A stretch of 64,000 nucleotides of DNA from an uncultured Pelagibacteraceae bacterium (GCA_902624345.1 CACNXI010000001.1:11082-75081); one strand, 5' to 3'; counted from the first letter of the stretch, positions 41,363 to 49,608 are shown. Translations and numbers: made by a program. Notes: generated from the sequence alone by a model not told the origin.

Positions 41363-42031
41363 ATGAAAAAACTAGTTTTAAGCATCTTATTTTTGCTTGG
41401 CTTTATAACTAACTCATACGCTACTGGTTCTGCGGGATTCACTATTAGTATGGCTGATGTTAATTCAACTGTAAAAGATGACATTGATAGCAACAATACA
41501 ATAGACACTACAAAGAACATTAGCAATGATGTTACATTTGCTTCTATTTTCTTTGAAAAGGCACTTAATGAAAACTTAAGCGTTGGTGTAGATTTAATAC
41601 CATTTGAAGCAGAGTTTGAAAGTAGATCAACTACACAGTCATCTACTAAAGCAAAAGGTGCAGGTGCTGCGCCACAAAGTACAGGAACTAACAAAGGTAA
41701 CGCGGATGTTAGCCAACACTTAACATTCTATTTACAGCCTCAAAAAGAAATTAGAGATGGCCTTAAGGTTTTTGGAACACTAGGATTAGTAAGAGCAGAT
41801 GTTGAGTCAAAAATTCAATCAGTTTCTTCAACAGATAAAACTGTTGAACAAAGTTTGGATGGTACAAAATTAGGCTTAGGTCTTAAAAAAGAAACAGGCT
41901 TTGGTTTTATCAAACTTGAGTACAGTGAAACAGATTACGACCAAATTTCAGCTACAACATCAAATAGTACGAAAATTACAGCAGACATAGATACTGAGAT
42001 TTTATCATTATCTGTTGCTAGAAGTTTCTAA
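41363..42031 (+). CDS. Outer-membrane beta-barrel protein (porin-like)
   Basis: Signal peptide, alternating beta-strand pattern, C-terminal Phe (LSVARSF). Confidence 0.75.
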   Translation: MKKLVLSILFLLGFITNSYATGSAGFTISMADVNSTVKDDIDSNNTIDTTKNISNDVTFASIFFEKALNENLSVGVDLIPFEAEFESRSTTQSSTKAKGAGAAPQSTGTNKGNADVSQHLTFYLQPQKEIRDGLKVFGTLGLVRADVESKIQSVSSTDKTVEQSLDGTKLGLGLKKETGFGFIKLEYSETDYDQISATTSNSTKITADIDTEILSLSVARSF

Positions 42032-42053
42032 TTACTGATCGTTAAGAAAAATT

Positions 42054-42085
42054 AAAACCCTCCGCAACGCGGGGGGTTTTTTTTT
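42054..42085 (+). terminator. Rho-independent terminator, possibly bidirectional
   Basis: AAAACCCTCCGC-aac-GCGGGGGGTTTT followed by a T run between convergent genes. Confidence 0.85.
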
Positions 42086-42956
42086 ATTTGCTCAAAACTC
42101 TGCCAGCAACGTTTTTAAGCTTATCTTTAGTTTTTTGTGACCTTTTTTCTGGTGATGTTATTATTGCTACATCTAAACAATTGTTAGTGGGATCTTTAGG
42201 ATCTATATGATTTTCAAAGTTATCAATAAGATTTTTGATCATATTTTTTGCTTTTGCAGCATTTCCTAAAAGAACTTTTATTACCTTTTGAACATCAACA
42301 TTTTCATGGTCTGGATGCCAGCAATCATAATCTGTTACCATTGATACAGATGCATATCTAATTTCAGCTTCTCTAGCCAATTTTGCTTCAGGCATATTGG
42401 TCATACCAATTACGTCAGAATTCCAAGACCTATACAAATTTGATTCTGCCAAGGTAGAAAACTGTGGTCCTTCCATAACTATATATGTACCACCCCTTTG
42501 ATAATCTATTTTTTCCTTTTTAATTGCATCTTCACAAGCATTCATCAATCCGTTTGAAGTTGGATGTGCCATTGAAACATGAGCTACAATTTCGTCATCA
42601 AAAAAAGTTTTATTTCTTGCAAAAGTTCTATCGATAAATTGGTCAATAATAACAAATTTTCCTGGCGGCAGACTCTCTTTAAGAGATCCTACGGCTGAAA
42701 TAGAAACAATATCAGTTACTCCAAGCTGCTTAAGCGCATCAATGTTTGCTCTAAAGTTAATGTTGGATGGATTTATAAAATGTCCTCTTCCGTGTCTGGG
42801 TAAAAAATAAACCTCTTTATTTTTATAATTAGTTTTTAAAATTTTATCTGATGGTTTTCCCCAAGGAGTATCTATGTCTAATAACTCCCTATCTTGAAAC
42901 TCTTCAACATCATATAGTCCACTTCCACCAATAATTGATAATTTATTGTTTGCCAT
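42084..42956 (-). CDS. mtnP: S-methyl-5'-thioadenosine phosphorylase
   Basis: IIGGSG, PRHG..H, EGPQFST.AES, GMT, TDYDCW. Confidence 0.95.
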   Translation of the reverse strand: MANNKLSIIGGSGLYDVEEFQDRELLDIDTPWGKPSDKILKTNYKNKEVYFLPRHGRGHFINPSNINFRANIDALKQLGVTDIVSISAVGSLKESLPPGKFVIIDQFIDRTFARNKTFFDDEIVAHVSMAHPTSNGLMNACEDAIKKEKIDYQRGGTYIVMEGPQFSTLAESNLYRSWNSDVIGMTNMPEAKLAREAEIRYASVSMVTDYDCWHPDHENVDVQKVIKVLLGNAAKAKNMIKNLIDNFENHIDPKDPTNNCLDVAIITSPEKRSQKTKDKLKNVAGRVLSK

Positions 42957-42997
42957 ATTTGAAAGATAGTTTATTTAATAATATAACGCAATTTAAA

Positions 42998-43525
42998 ATG
43001 GACTTAAAAAAATTTATTAGATCTATCCCTGATTATCCTAAGAAGGGTATTTTATTTAGAGACATCACAACTTTAATTAAGGATGAAAAAGCTTTTGAGG
43101 AAACAATTAATCAAATAGTTGAAAGATCAAAAAAATTTAAATTTAATAAGATTGCAGCAATTGAGTCGAGAGGTTTCGTGTTCGCATCTGCTGTTTCGTA
43201 TATTCTTAAGAAACCTTTCATAATGTTAAGAAAGAAAAATAAATTACCTGCTGAAACTCATTCTATCGATTTCGAACTGGAGTATGGAACTGCAACTATT
43301 GAAGTGCATAAAGACTCTATTAATGAAAAAGACACTGTTTTAATAATTGATGATTTAATTGCTACTGGCGGAACAGCAGAGGCAGCTTCAAGACTTATTA
43401 AAATATCAAAAGGAAAGGTTGGGGGTTTTGTTTTTGTTATAAACTTATTTGACCTAGGTGGATCTGATAAATTACTAGAAAAAGGTTTTAATGTTGAAAA
43501 TTTAATAGAATTTCCTGGCCATTAG
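42998..43525 (+). CDS. apt: Adenine phosphoribosyltransferase
   Basis: PDYPKKGILFRDIT, IESRGF, LEYG, IDDLIATGGT. Confidence 0.97.
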   Translation: MDLKKFIRSIPDYPKKGILFRDITTLIKDEKAFEETINQIVERSKKFKFNKIAAIESRGFVFASAVSYILKKPFIMLRKKNKLPAETHSIDFELEYGTATIEVHKDSINEKDTVLIIDDLIATGGTAEAASRLIKISKGKVGGFVFVINLFDLGGSDKLLEKGFNVENLIEFPGH

Positions 43526-44388
43526 TTTATTTCTGGTCTGTACCAAGATTGTCTGCCCAATAAAGCATTAATAACACCTGACATCCTCATCCTATAAATA
43601 TTCCTTCTTTTGTTAAAAGTAAGTAAATAGATAGAATATTTTAGTAAGTTCCCTAATAAACTAGTTAATCCTGAAAACGATGAAACAAAAATTCCTCGGT
43701 GTTTTTTATTAAAATAAAATTTTGACCACATCCAATGCCAGTTTCTTGAAAGCTCTATCTGTTCACTATATTTTTCATCAACAGCTTGTGCGCCTAGATG
43801 GTGAATTTTAGAATTCATAATAATAAATATTTTTCCATTTTCTTTTTTTGTTCTTAAACATAAATCAACATTTTCCAAGTACATAAAGAATTTTTCATCA
43901 AAAAAAATATTATTTATAAAAAATTTTTTATTAATAATCATTGAATAACCGTCAATTTCTTCAACATCTCTAATTAAACTTCTACTATCATTATGTGATT
44001 TATTTAAATTAAGTCTGTAATTCGGATAATCTGGATTATCTGATACCGGTGATAAGATCGCAAAATTATCTATTTCAGAAATTGAATTATTGATATTTAA
44101 AATAGTGTCATGTTTTAATACTACATCTGGATTTAAAACATAAACATACTGTGTATTTGATCTTATAATACCCAGATTATTTCCAGCTCCCATCCCTATA
44201 TTCTTAGACAAAACCACCTCAGTTTTATCATAATTCTGCTCTAATTCTTTTTTTAATTCCTCATCAGATGAATTTTCAATTATTAATTTATGAAAATCTT
44301 TTGGTAATGAGTTTAAACAATCGTAGATTACTTTTCTGCTATTAAAAGTGACTATTACAAAGGTTAAATTATTGCTTGTTAATTCCAT
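43522..44388 (-). CDS. Glycosyltransferase family 2
   Basis: IVTFNS, LNPD, FDEKFFMYLE. Confidence 0.88.
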   Translation of the reverse strand: MELTSNNLTFVIVTFNSRKVIYDCLNSLPKDFHKLIIENSSDEELKKELEQNYDKTEVVLSKNIGMGAGNNLGIIRSNTQYVYVLNPDVVLKHDTILNINNSISEIDNFAILSPVSDNPDYPNYRLNLNKSHNDSRSLIRDVEEIDGYSMIINKKFFINNIFFDEKFFMYLENVDLCLRTKKENGKIFIIMNSKIHHLGAQAVDEKYSEQIELSRNWHWMWSKFYFNKKHRGIFVSSFSGLTSLLGNLLKYSIYLLTFNKRRNIYRMRMSGVINALLGRQSWYRPEIN

Positions 44389-44437
44389 TTAAGAATGAAG
44401 TATACTTAAAATAAGTATTGTTGTAAAAAAAAAAGTA

Positions 44438-45460
44438 ATGAAAAAAATAATTGTAACTGGTGGTTTGGGATTTATAGGCAGTAATTTAATAAAGCTATTA
44501 ATTAAAAAAAATTATTTTGTAGTCAATATTGATAAAATTAATTACGCCTCAAACTTTTATAACACCAGGGATTTTTTTAATAAAAGAAATTATAAATTTA
44601 TTAAACTAGATATTAACAATAGATCCAAGTTCAAAAAAGTTTTAAAGCTACATGAGCCTATTGCTATATTTAACTTAGCAGCAGAGACACACGTTGATAG
44701 ATCAATTGACAGTCCTGCAGAGTTTGTGAGGAGTAATATAGTTGGTGTTTTTAATTTGCTAGAGACATTTAGAGAGTTTTCAAAAAAAAATAAAAAAACT
44801 AAATTAATTCATATTTCAACTGATGAAGTTTACGGGGATGTCTTAAAAGGTCGAAGCAAAGAAATTGATGCTTACAAACCTAGTTCGCCTTATGCGGCTT
44901 CGAAGGCTTCCTCCGATCACTTGGTGTATTCATATATTAGAACTTATGGGCTTAACGCAATGATAACAAATTGTTCAAATAATTATGGCCCTCATCAACA
45001 TCCAGAAAAATTAATTCCAAAATTAATTTATAATATAATTAATAATAAGTTGCTTCCTCTTTATGGAAAGGGAAAAAATTCTAGAGAGTGGATATTTGTA
45101 GATGATCATTGTGAAGCTTTATTTAAAGTATTCAAAAGTGGATCAGTAGGAGAATTTTATAATATTGGGTCCAATATAAATTGTAACAATTTTGAAATAG
45201 CAAAGCTTCTAATCAATATCGCAAAAAAGAAAATAAAATTGGGAAAAAAGGTTAAAATAAAATTTGTAAAAGATAGACCTGGCCATGATTTCAGATACGC
45301 ATTGGATAGTAAAAAAATTTTTAAAAAACTTAAATGGAAATCAAAGATAAATCTTAAAAAAGGCCTAGAAAAAACCTTTAATTGGTATTTTGAAAATATG
45401 AAATACTATACAACTTTAAAAAAAAAGGATATCACCAAAAGACTTGGGATAGTTAAATGA
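44438..45460 (+). CDS. rfbB: dTDP-glucose 4,6-dehydratase
   Basis: GGLGFIG, AAETHVDRS, STDEVYG, YAASK. Confidence 0.96.
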   Translation: MKKIIVTGGLGFIGSNLIKLLIKKNYFVVNIDKINYASNFYNTRDFFNKRNYKFIKLDINNRSKFKKVLKLHEPIAIFNLAAETHVDRSIDSPAEFVRSNIVGVFNLLETFREFSKKNKKTKLIHISTDEVYGDVLKGRSKEIDAYKPSSPYAASKASSDHLVYSYIRTYGLNAMITNCSNNYGPHQHPEKLIPKLIYNIINNKLLPLYGKGKNSREWIFVDDHCEALFKVFKSGSVGEFYNIGSNINCNNFEIAKLLINIAKKKIKLGKKVKIKFVKDRPGHDFRYALDSKKIFKKLKWKSKINLKKGLEKTFNWYFENMKYYTTLKKKDITKRLGIVK

Positions 45461-46326
45461 TTAAAAAAGCAATAATTTTAGCTGGGGGTATGGGTACTCG
45501 GATGAGCCCTTTGACTAAAGCAGTAAATAAACAGCTACTTCCAATATATGATAAGCCTTTAATTTTCTACCCATTATCAATTTTAATGTTAGCGAAAATA
45601 AAAGATATTTTGATAATTGTTAACAAGGGTCAATTAAATCAATACAAAAAAATTTTGCCAGATGGTAAACGCTTGGGTATCAATATTTCTTATAAAGAAC
45701 AGATATATCCTAAAGGTTTGCCTGATGCTTTCTTGTTAGGTGAAAAATTTATAGATAATAAAAATGTTGCATTAATACTTGGAGATAACTTTTTCTATGG
45801 ACAAAATTTAACTTCAAAATTAATTAATTGTACAAAACTTAAAAATGGTGCAAAAGTTATTTTACATAAAGTAATCAAACCAGAATTATTTGGTGTAGCT
45901 AAAACTTCTAAATCAGGAAAAATTACAACAATAAAAGAAAAGCCAAAAAAGTATATTTCCGATTTAGCAATTACTGGTTTATATTTTTTTGATAAAAAAG
46001 TTATTGAATATGCAAAAAAACTAAAGCCATCATCAAGAAATGAGCTGGAGATTACTGATTTACTAAGGATTTATTTAAGAAAGAATAAATTAACATCTGA
46101 CATTTTAGGTAGAGGTGGAGCCTGGTTAGATACCGGCTCAATTGAAGATTTTTATAAAACGAGTGCATTTGTTTCAACAATAGAAAATAGGCAAGGATTT
46201 AAAATTGCATGTCTTGAGGAAATTGCCTTTAATAATAACTGGATTGGGAAAAAAGAAATTTTAGCTGCAATTCAATTTTATGGAAAGTGTGATTATACAA
46301 ATTATTTAAAAAAATTGATCTCTTAG
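45457..46326 (+). CDS. rfbA: Glucose-1-phosphate thymidylyltransferase
   Basis: LAGG.GTR..P.T...KQLLPIYDKP, LGDN, WLDTG. Confidence 0.96.
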   Translation: MIKKAIILAGGMGTRMSPLTKAVNKQLLPIYDKPLIFYPLSILMLAKIKDILIIVNKGQLNQYKKILPDGKRLGINISYKEQIYPKGLPDAFLLGEKFIDNKNVALILGDNFFYGQNLTSKLINCTKLKNGAKVILHKVIKPELFGVAKTSKSGKITTIKEKPKKYISDLAITGLYFFDKKVIEYAKKLKPSSRNELEITDLLRIYLRKNKLTSDILGRGGAWLDTGSIEDFYKTSAFVSTIENRQGFKIACLEEIAFNNNWIGKKEILAAIQFYGKCDYTNYLKKLIS

Positions 46327-46851
46327 ATGAAAAAAGTTAAGACAAAGTTTAAGGACTTGTTTATTGTAAATACAAGAGTTTACAAAGATAAAAGAGGTTG
46401 GTTAAAAGAAGAATTCAAAAAAAATTTTATAAAAAAAAACCTTGTTTTCACTTTGGTATCAAGTTCAAAAAAGAATGTTTTGCGCGGTCTTCATATGCAA
46501 ACAAAAAAGCCCCAAGATAAGTTTTTATCTGTTCTTAAAGGAAAGGTTCTTGATGTTGTGGTAGACTTAAGAAAAAACTCAAAAACATATGGAAAACACT
46601 TTAAGATTATTCTCAGTGAAAAAAACGGAAAACATTTGTTTGTTCCTAAAGGTTTTGCTCACGGAATTTTAGGCTTAGATAAAGAAAACATTCTCCATTA
46701 TGCCTGCTCAAATTATAGAGATTCAAAGAGTGAAGTATCAATTAAATGGAATGATGCTGATTTAAAAATTAATTGGGGTATAAAAAAACCTATTATCTCA
46801 AAAAAAGATAAATTTGCTCTATCATTAAAGGAATATAAAAAAATAAAATGA
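46327..46851 (+). CDS. rfbC: dTDP-4-dehydrorhamnose 3,5-epimerase
   Basis: D.RG, VLRGLH.Q, VP.GFAHG. Confidence 0.95.
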   Translation: MKKVKTKFKDLFIVNTRVYKDKRGWLKEEFKKNFIKKNLVFTLVSSSKKNVLRGLHMQTKKPQDKFLSVLKGKVLDVVVDLRKNSKTYGKHFKIILSEKNGKHLFVPKGFAHGILGLDKENILHYACSNYRDSKSEVSIKWNDADLKINWGIKKPIISKKDKFALSLKEYKKIK

Positions 46852-47555
46852 AAAAAATCATATTTACTGGTGGGAGTGGAGAGTTTGGTAAAGTATTTAA
46901 AAAATTAAATTTCAACAAAAAAAATATTTACTACCCATCTTCAAAAATTTTTGATGTTACTAATGTAAAAAAAATGGAAAAATTCATTAAAAAAATTAAA
47001 CCAAAATTTATTGTTCATGCTGCTGCAATTTCAAGGCCAATGAGCTTACATGAAAAGAAAATTGAAAAGAGCATTAACACTAATATTATTGGAACTTCAA
47101 ATATAGTAAATCTTTGTAATAAATATAAATTAAAACTTATTTATTTTTCTACAAATTATGTATATCCACCAAAAAGTGGTAATTATAAGGAGCATCATGC
47201 CTTGCTTCCATTTAACAACTATGCCTGGTCAAAACTTGGAGGTGAATGTGCTGTGCAAATGTATAAAAATTCACTAATTTTGAGAATATGCATGACCCAA
47301 AAACCTTTTTTATATAAACATGCTTATACAAATTTAAAAACTAATTTTATGTTTCATGAAGATTTGGCAAAAGTTTTTTTTAAATTAATAAATAAAAAAG
47401 GTATCATTAACATTGGTGGTCCAGCACAATCTGTATACAACTTTGCAAAAAGAAATAACAAGAAAATAAAAAAAAAAATCTTAAAAAAAACAAACAAGAC
47501 TCTTCCACTAAACTCAACTATGAATATTGAAAAGTTTAAAAAGATAAAAAATTAA
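46848..47555 (+). CDS. rfbD: dTDP-4-dehydrorhamnose reductase-like SDR (short)
   Basis: TGGSGEFG, STNYVY, YAWSK; follows rfbBAC. Confidence 0.75.
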   Translation: MKKIIFTGGSGEFGKVFKKLNFNKKNIYYPSSKIFDVTNVKKMEKFIKKIKPKFIVHAAAISRPMSLHEKKIEKSINTNIIGTSNIVNLCNKYKLKLIYFSTNYVYPPKSGNYKEHHALLPFNNYAWSKLGGECAVQMYKNSLILRICMTQKPFLYKHAYTNLKTNFMFHEDLAKVFFKLINKKGIINIGGPAQSVYNFAKRNNKKIKKKILKKTNKTLPLNSTMNIEKFKKIKN

Positions 47556-47563
47556 TTAAAATT

Positions 47564-47640
47564 TGGTAGCGGGAAGTGGGATCGAACCACTGACCTCGGG
47601 CTTATGAGTCCCGCGCTCTAACCAACTGAGCTACCCCGCC
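47564..47640 (-). tRNA. tRNA-Met (CAT), elongator type
   Basis: GGCGGGGTAGCTCAGTTGGTTAGAGCGCGGGACT-CAT-AAGCCCGAGGTCAGTGGTTCGATCCCACTTCCCGCTACCA; full cloverleaf, encoded CCA, G1 start. Confidence 0.95.
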
Positions 47641-47656
47641 ATTAAATTCGTATTGA

Positions 47657-47684
47657 TTTATACTACTTATTTTTTTTCTTTCAA
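47657..47684 (-). promoter_or_regulatory. Sigma70-type promoter for the intact tRNA-Met
   Basis: Minus strand TTGAAA (47684-79), 16 bp, TATAAA (47662-57), 16 bp upstream of tRNA base 1. Confidence 0.65.
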
Positions 47685-47722
47685 ACAAGAAATCTAGAAA
47701 TTACGTTTAATAAGCCTTTCTT

Positions 47723-47760
47723 AGTGGACCACCAGTGGACCAAAAATTCTGGTCCACTGG
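47723..47760. repeat. Three AGTGGACCA motifs (two direct at 11-bp period, one inverted)
   Basis: AGTGGACCACCAGTGGACCAAAAATTCTGGTCCACTGG. Confidence 0.9.
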
Positions 47761-47775
47761 AAACCCGTGCGTTAT

Positions 47776-47943
47776 TTATTTTTTTATTGTCCAACCATTT
47801 CTTTTTAATGCTTTAATCAAGTTTTCACGCATCTCATCTCTTGATGTCTTTTGATCACCTATTTTTTCAAAAAATACAGGTTCTAATCCCCTTTCTTTTT
47901 TTGATTTAAAATAGTTTTTTATTGATTGTATTATTATTTTCAT
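47776..47943 (-). CDS. 55-aa basic hypothetical protein (not in the ORF track)
   Basis: MKIIIQSIKNYFKSKKERGLEPVFFEKIGDQKTSRDEMRENLIKALKRNGWTIKK with AAAGGAGG RBS just upstream of the ATG. Confidence 0.65.
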   Translation of the reverse strand: MKIIIQSIKNYFKSKKERGLEPVFFEKIGDQKTSRDEMRENLIKALKRNGWTIKK

Positions 47944-48037
47944 TTTCCTCCTTTAGCGTTGTGTTTAAAGTCCCAGCAAGTAGAGTTATTTTCTAAATCA
48001 GGACTGATTTAACTATTACATCATTTTTAAAGATTAA

Positions 48038-48505
48038 TCAAAATTTCTTTTTAACGACATCACACTTATGTTTATTAATCTCTTTAAAAACCCCTGTTTC
48101 ATAAAAATATAAAGAACTTTTTTCAATTAAGATAGTAGTATTATACTCACCAGTAGTTCTATCAATTCTATGTTTAAAAGATGCATCTCCTTTTCCATCT
48201 GAGTCAAGATCATAATCATAACTCCAAATAATGAATTGTTCAGTCCATTTATTTTCAAAATTATATTTATATTGAGATTTAATTGGACTATATCTGTCTA
48301 AACTTTCACTATACTGCTCAATTTTTTTTTTCTTTGTATTCAATTTAAAGATATTTTCATTAAATAAGCTTTCTTCAGAAAATTTTTTTCCATTTTCTGT
48401 GAACTGCTCATTTATGATAAATCTGCATTTCAATATTATTTCTTTTGATGAAACATTAGTGTTTATAAAAAGAATAAGTGCTATTAAAATAGAAAATGCC
48501 CTCAT
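48038..48505 (-). CDS. Secreted hypothetical protein
   Basis: 155 aa, signal peptide, two Cys near the mature termini, IDRTTG motif, C-terminal KKKF. Confidence 0.75.
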   Translation of the reverse strand: MRAFSILIALILFINTNVSSKEIILKCRFIINEQFTENGKKFSEESLFNENIFKLNTKKKKIEQYSESLDRYSPIKSQYKYNFENKWTEQFIIWSYDYDLDSDGKGDASFKHRIDRTTGEYNTTILIEKSSLYFYETGVFKEINKHKCDVVKKKF

Positions 48506-48518
48506 AAAACCATTCTAT

Positions 48519-48540
48519 CAGTGGACCACCAGTGGACCAA
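48519..48540. repeat. Two tandem CAGTGGACCA motifs; 21-bp direct repeat of 47723-47743
   Basis: CAGTGGACCACCAGTGGACCAA. Confidence 0.9.
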
Positions 48541-48575
48541 TAATTATGTTTGCTTAAATTAATAAGGAAATTTAG

Positions 48576-48638
48576 GGGATCGAACCACTGACCTCGGGCT
48601 TATGAGTCCCGCGCTCTAACCAACTGAGCTACCCCGCC
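48576..48638 (-). pseudogene. Truncated tRNA-Met copy (bases 1-63, lacks 3' acceptor strand and CCA); att-like core
   Basis: Identical to 47578-47640; sequence diverges within the 3' side of the T-arm. Confidence 0.9.
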
Positions 48639-48643
48639 AATAA

Positions 48644-49498
48644 TTATTTCGCAGTGATTTTGTTTATATTTATATTACCAATATAAAACATTAAAGCAAC
48701 GTATTGTATCAAAGCGTAAATTGCTATCGGAGTAATATATTCAATCTCATGGAATAATTGAGCTCCAACGATGAAACCCATTGCTCCGTTTTGCAACATA
48801 GCCTCGATCATTATAGTTCTTTTTACTTTCACATCTCTTAGGGTATAGCTTGTTATTATATAAACGGATGTCAAAACTGAAATAATTACAACAAAGGCAA
48901 TTGCTCCTGCATCTGCAAAATAACCACCCAAATTTCCTTGTTCAGTGAATATAGCTACTAACAAAATAATTATAAATAAAGCGAGAGCTGCTCGATCGAA
49001 TTTTAAATTGTTTTGCTCAGAAAATCTTTTAAAATTTCCCCTTACTAGGATTCCAACAAACGTTGGTAAAGCAATAAATAAAAACATCCTTACTGAAAAT
49101 TTTAGAAGATTTAGATCAAATTCAACTGATGAAAAAAAGACTGCATAGATCTTTAGAAACATTGGAATTGTTATAAATGATAGTAATCCACAAATTGATG
49201 TAATAGTTATTGATAATGCTACGTTCCCTTTGACAAGTTTGGTTGCATAATTTGACATAACGGCAGAAGGCAGAATTAATAATAAGAATACTCCAAGTTG
49301 AAATTCAGCCTGCATTGGAAAAAAGGAAATAATAATAATTCCAATTAAAGGAAGCATTATCATTTGGCATATTAGTGCAATAATAAGATTTCTTGGTTTT
49401 TTTAATACCTCAAAGAAATCTTTATAAGAAAGATTAAGACCTAAAGAAAACATGATAAAAATCATGCCAAGTGGTCCAACGGTTTTTACAAATTCCAC
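48644..49498 (-). CDS. Bile acid:sodium symporter family protein
   Basis: MFSLGLNL, Q...LP, GNVALS, E..LQNG; GTG start. Confidence 0.85.
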   Translation of the reverse strand: MEFVKTVGPLGMIFIMFSLGLNLSYKDFFEVLKKPRNLIIALICQMIMLPLIGIIIISFFPMQAEFQLGVFLLLILPSAVMSNYATKLVKGNVALSITITSICGLLSFITIPMFLKIYAVFFSSVEFDLNLLKFSVRMFLFIALPTFVGILVRGNFKRFSEQNNLKFDRAALALFIIILLVAIFTEQGNLGGYFADAGAIAFVVIISVLTSVYIITSYTLRDVKVKRTIMIEAMLQNGAMGFIVGAQLFHEIEYITPIAIYALIQYVALMFYIGNININKITAK

Positions 49499-49608
49499 AA
49501 TTCCCTCACTCGCTTTATGAACGAAAAAAAATAAATTTCAAGGCATATTTGTTCATTTTGGGGTTGCTAAATCATAAAATTTAAGATTATTTGCGTAAAT
49601 AATAAAAA

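Larger units (their letters stand above)
47578..48638. mobile_element. Small non-autonomous integrative element/islet at the 5' end of tRNA-Met
   Basis: 63-bp identical direct repeats (47578-47640, 48576-48638), arm-like repeats inside both ends, two orphan ORFs, no integrase. Confidence 0.7.

Noticed and set aside
47564-47640. Initiator tRNA-fMet or lysidine tRNA-Ile2
   Set aside because: Starts with a paired G1 rather than the C1 mismatch of fMet; G4/G5 in the acceptor stem do not fit the C4/C5 TilS determinants
47776-47850. HicA toxin similarity (LIKALKRNGW) in the 55-aa ORF
   Set aside because: The motif is at the C-terminus, the ORF ends before any GSH catalytic segment, and there is no HicB partner
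47723-48540. AGTGGACCA repeats as a CRISPR array
   Set aside because: Units are 9-11 bp and abut each other with no 30-40 bp spacers; no cas genes in the window
48576-48638. Second functional tRNA-Met gene
   Set aside because: Lacks the last 14 nt (3' T-stem end, acceptor strand, CCA), so it cannot form an acceptor stem
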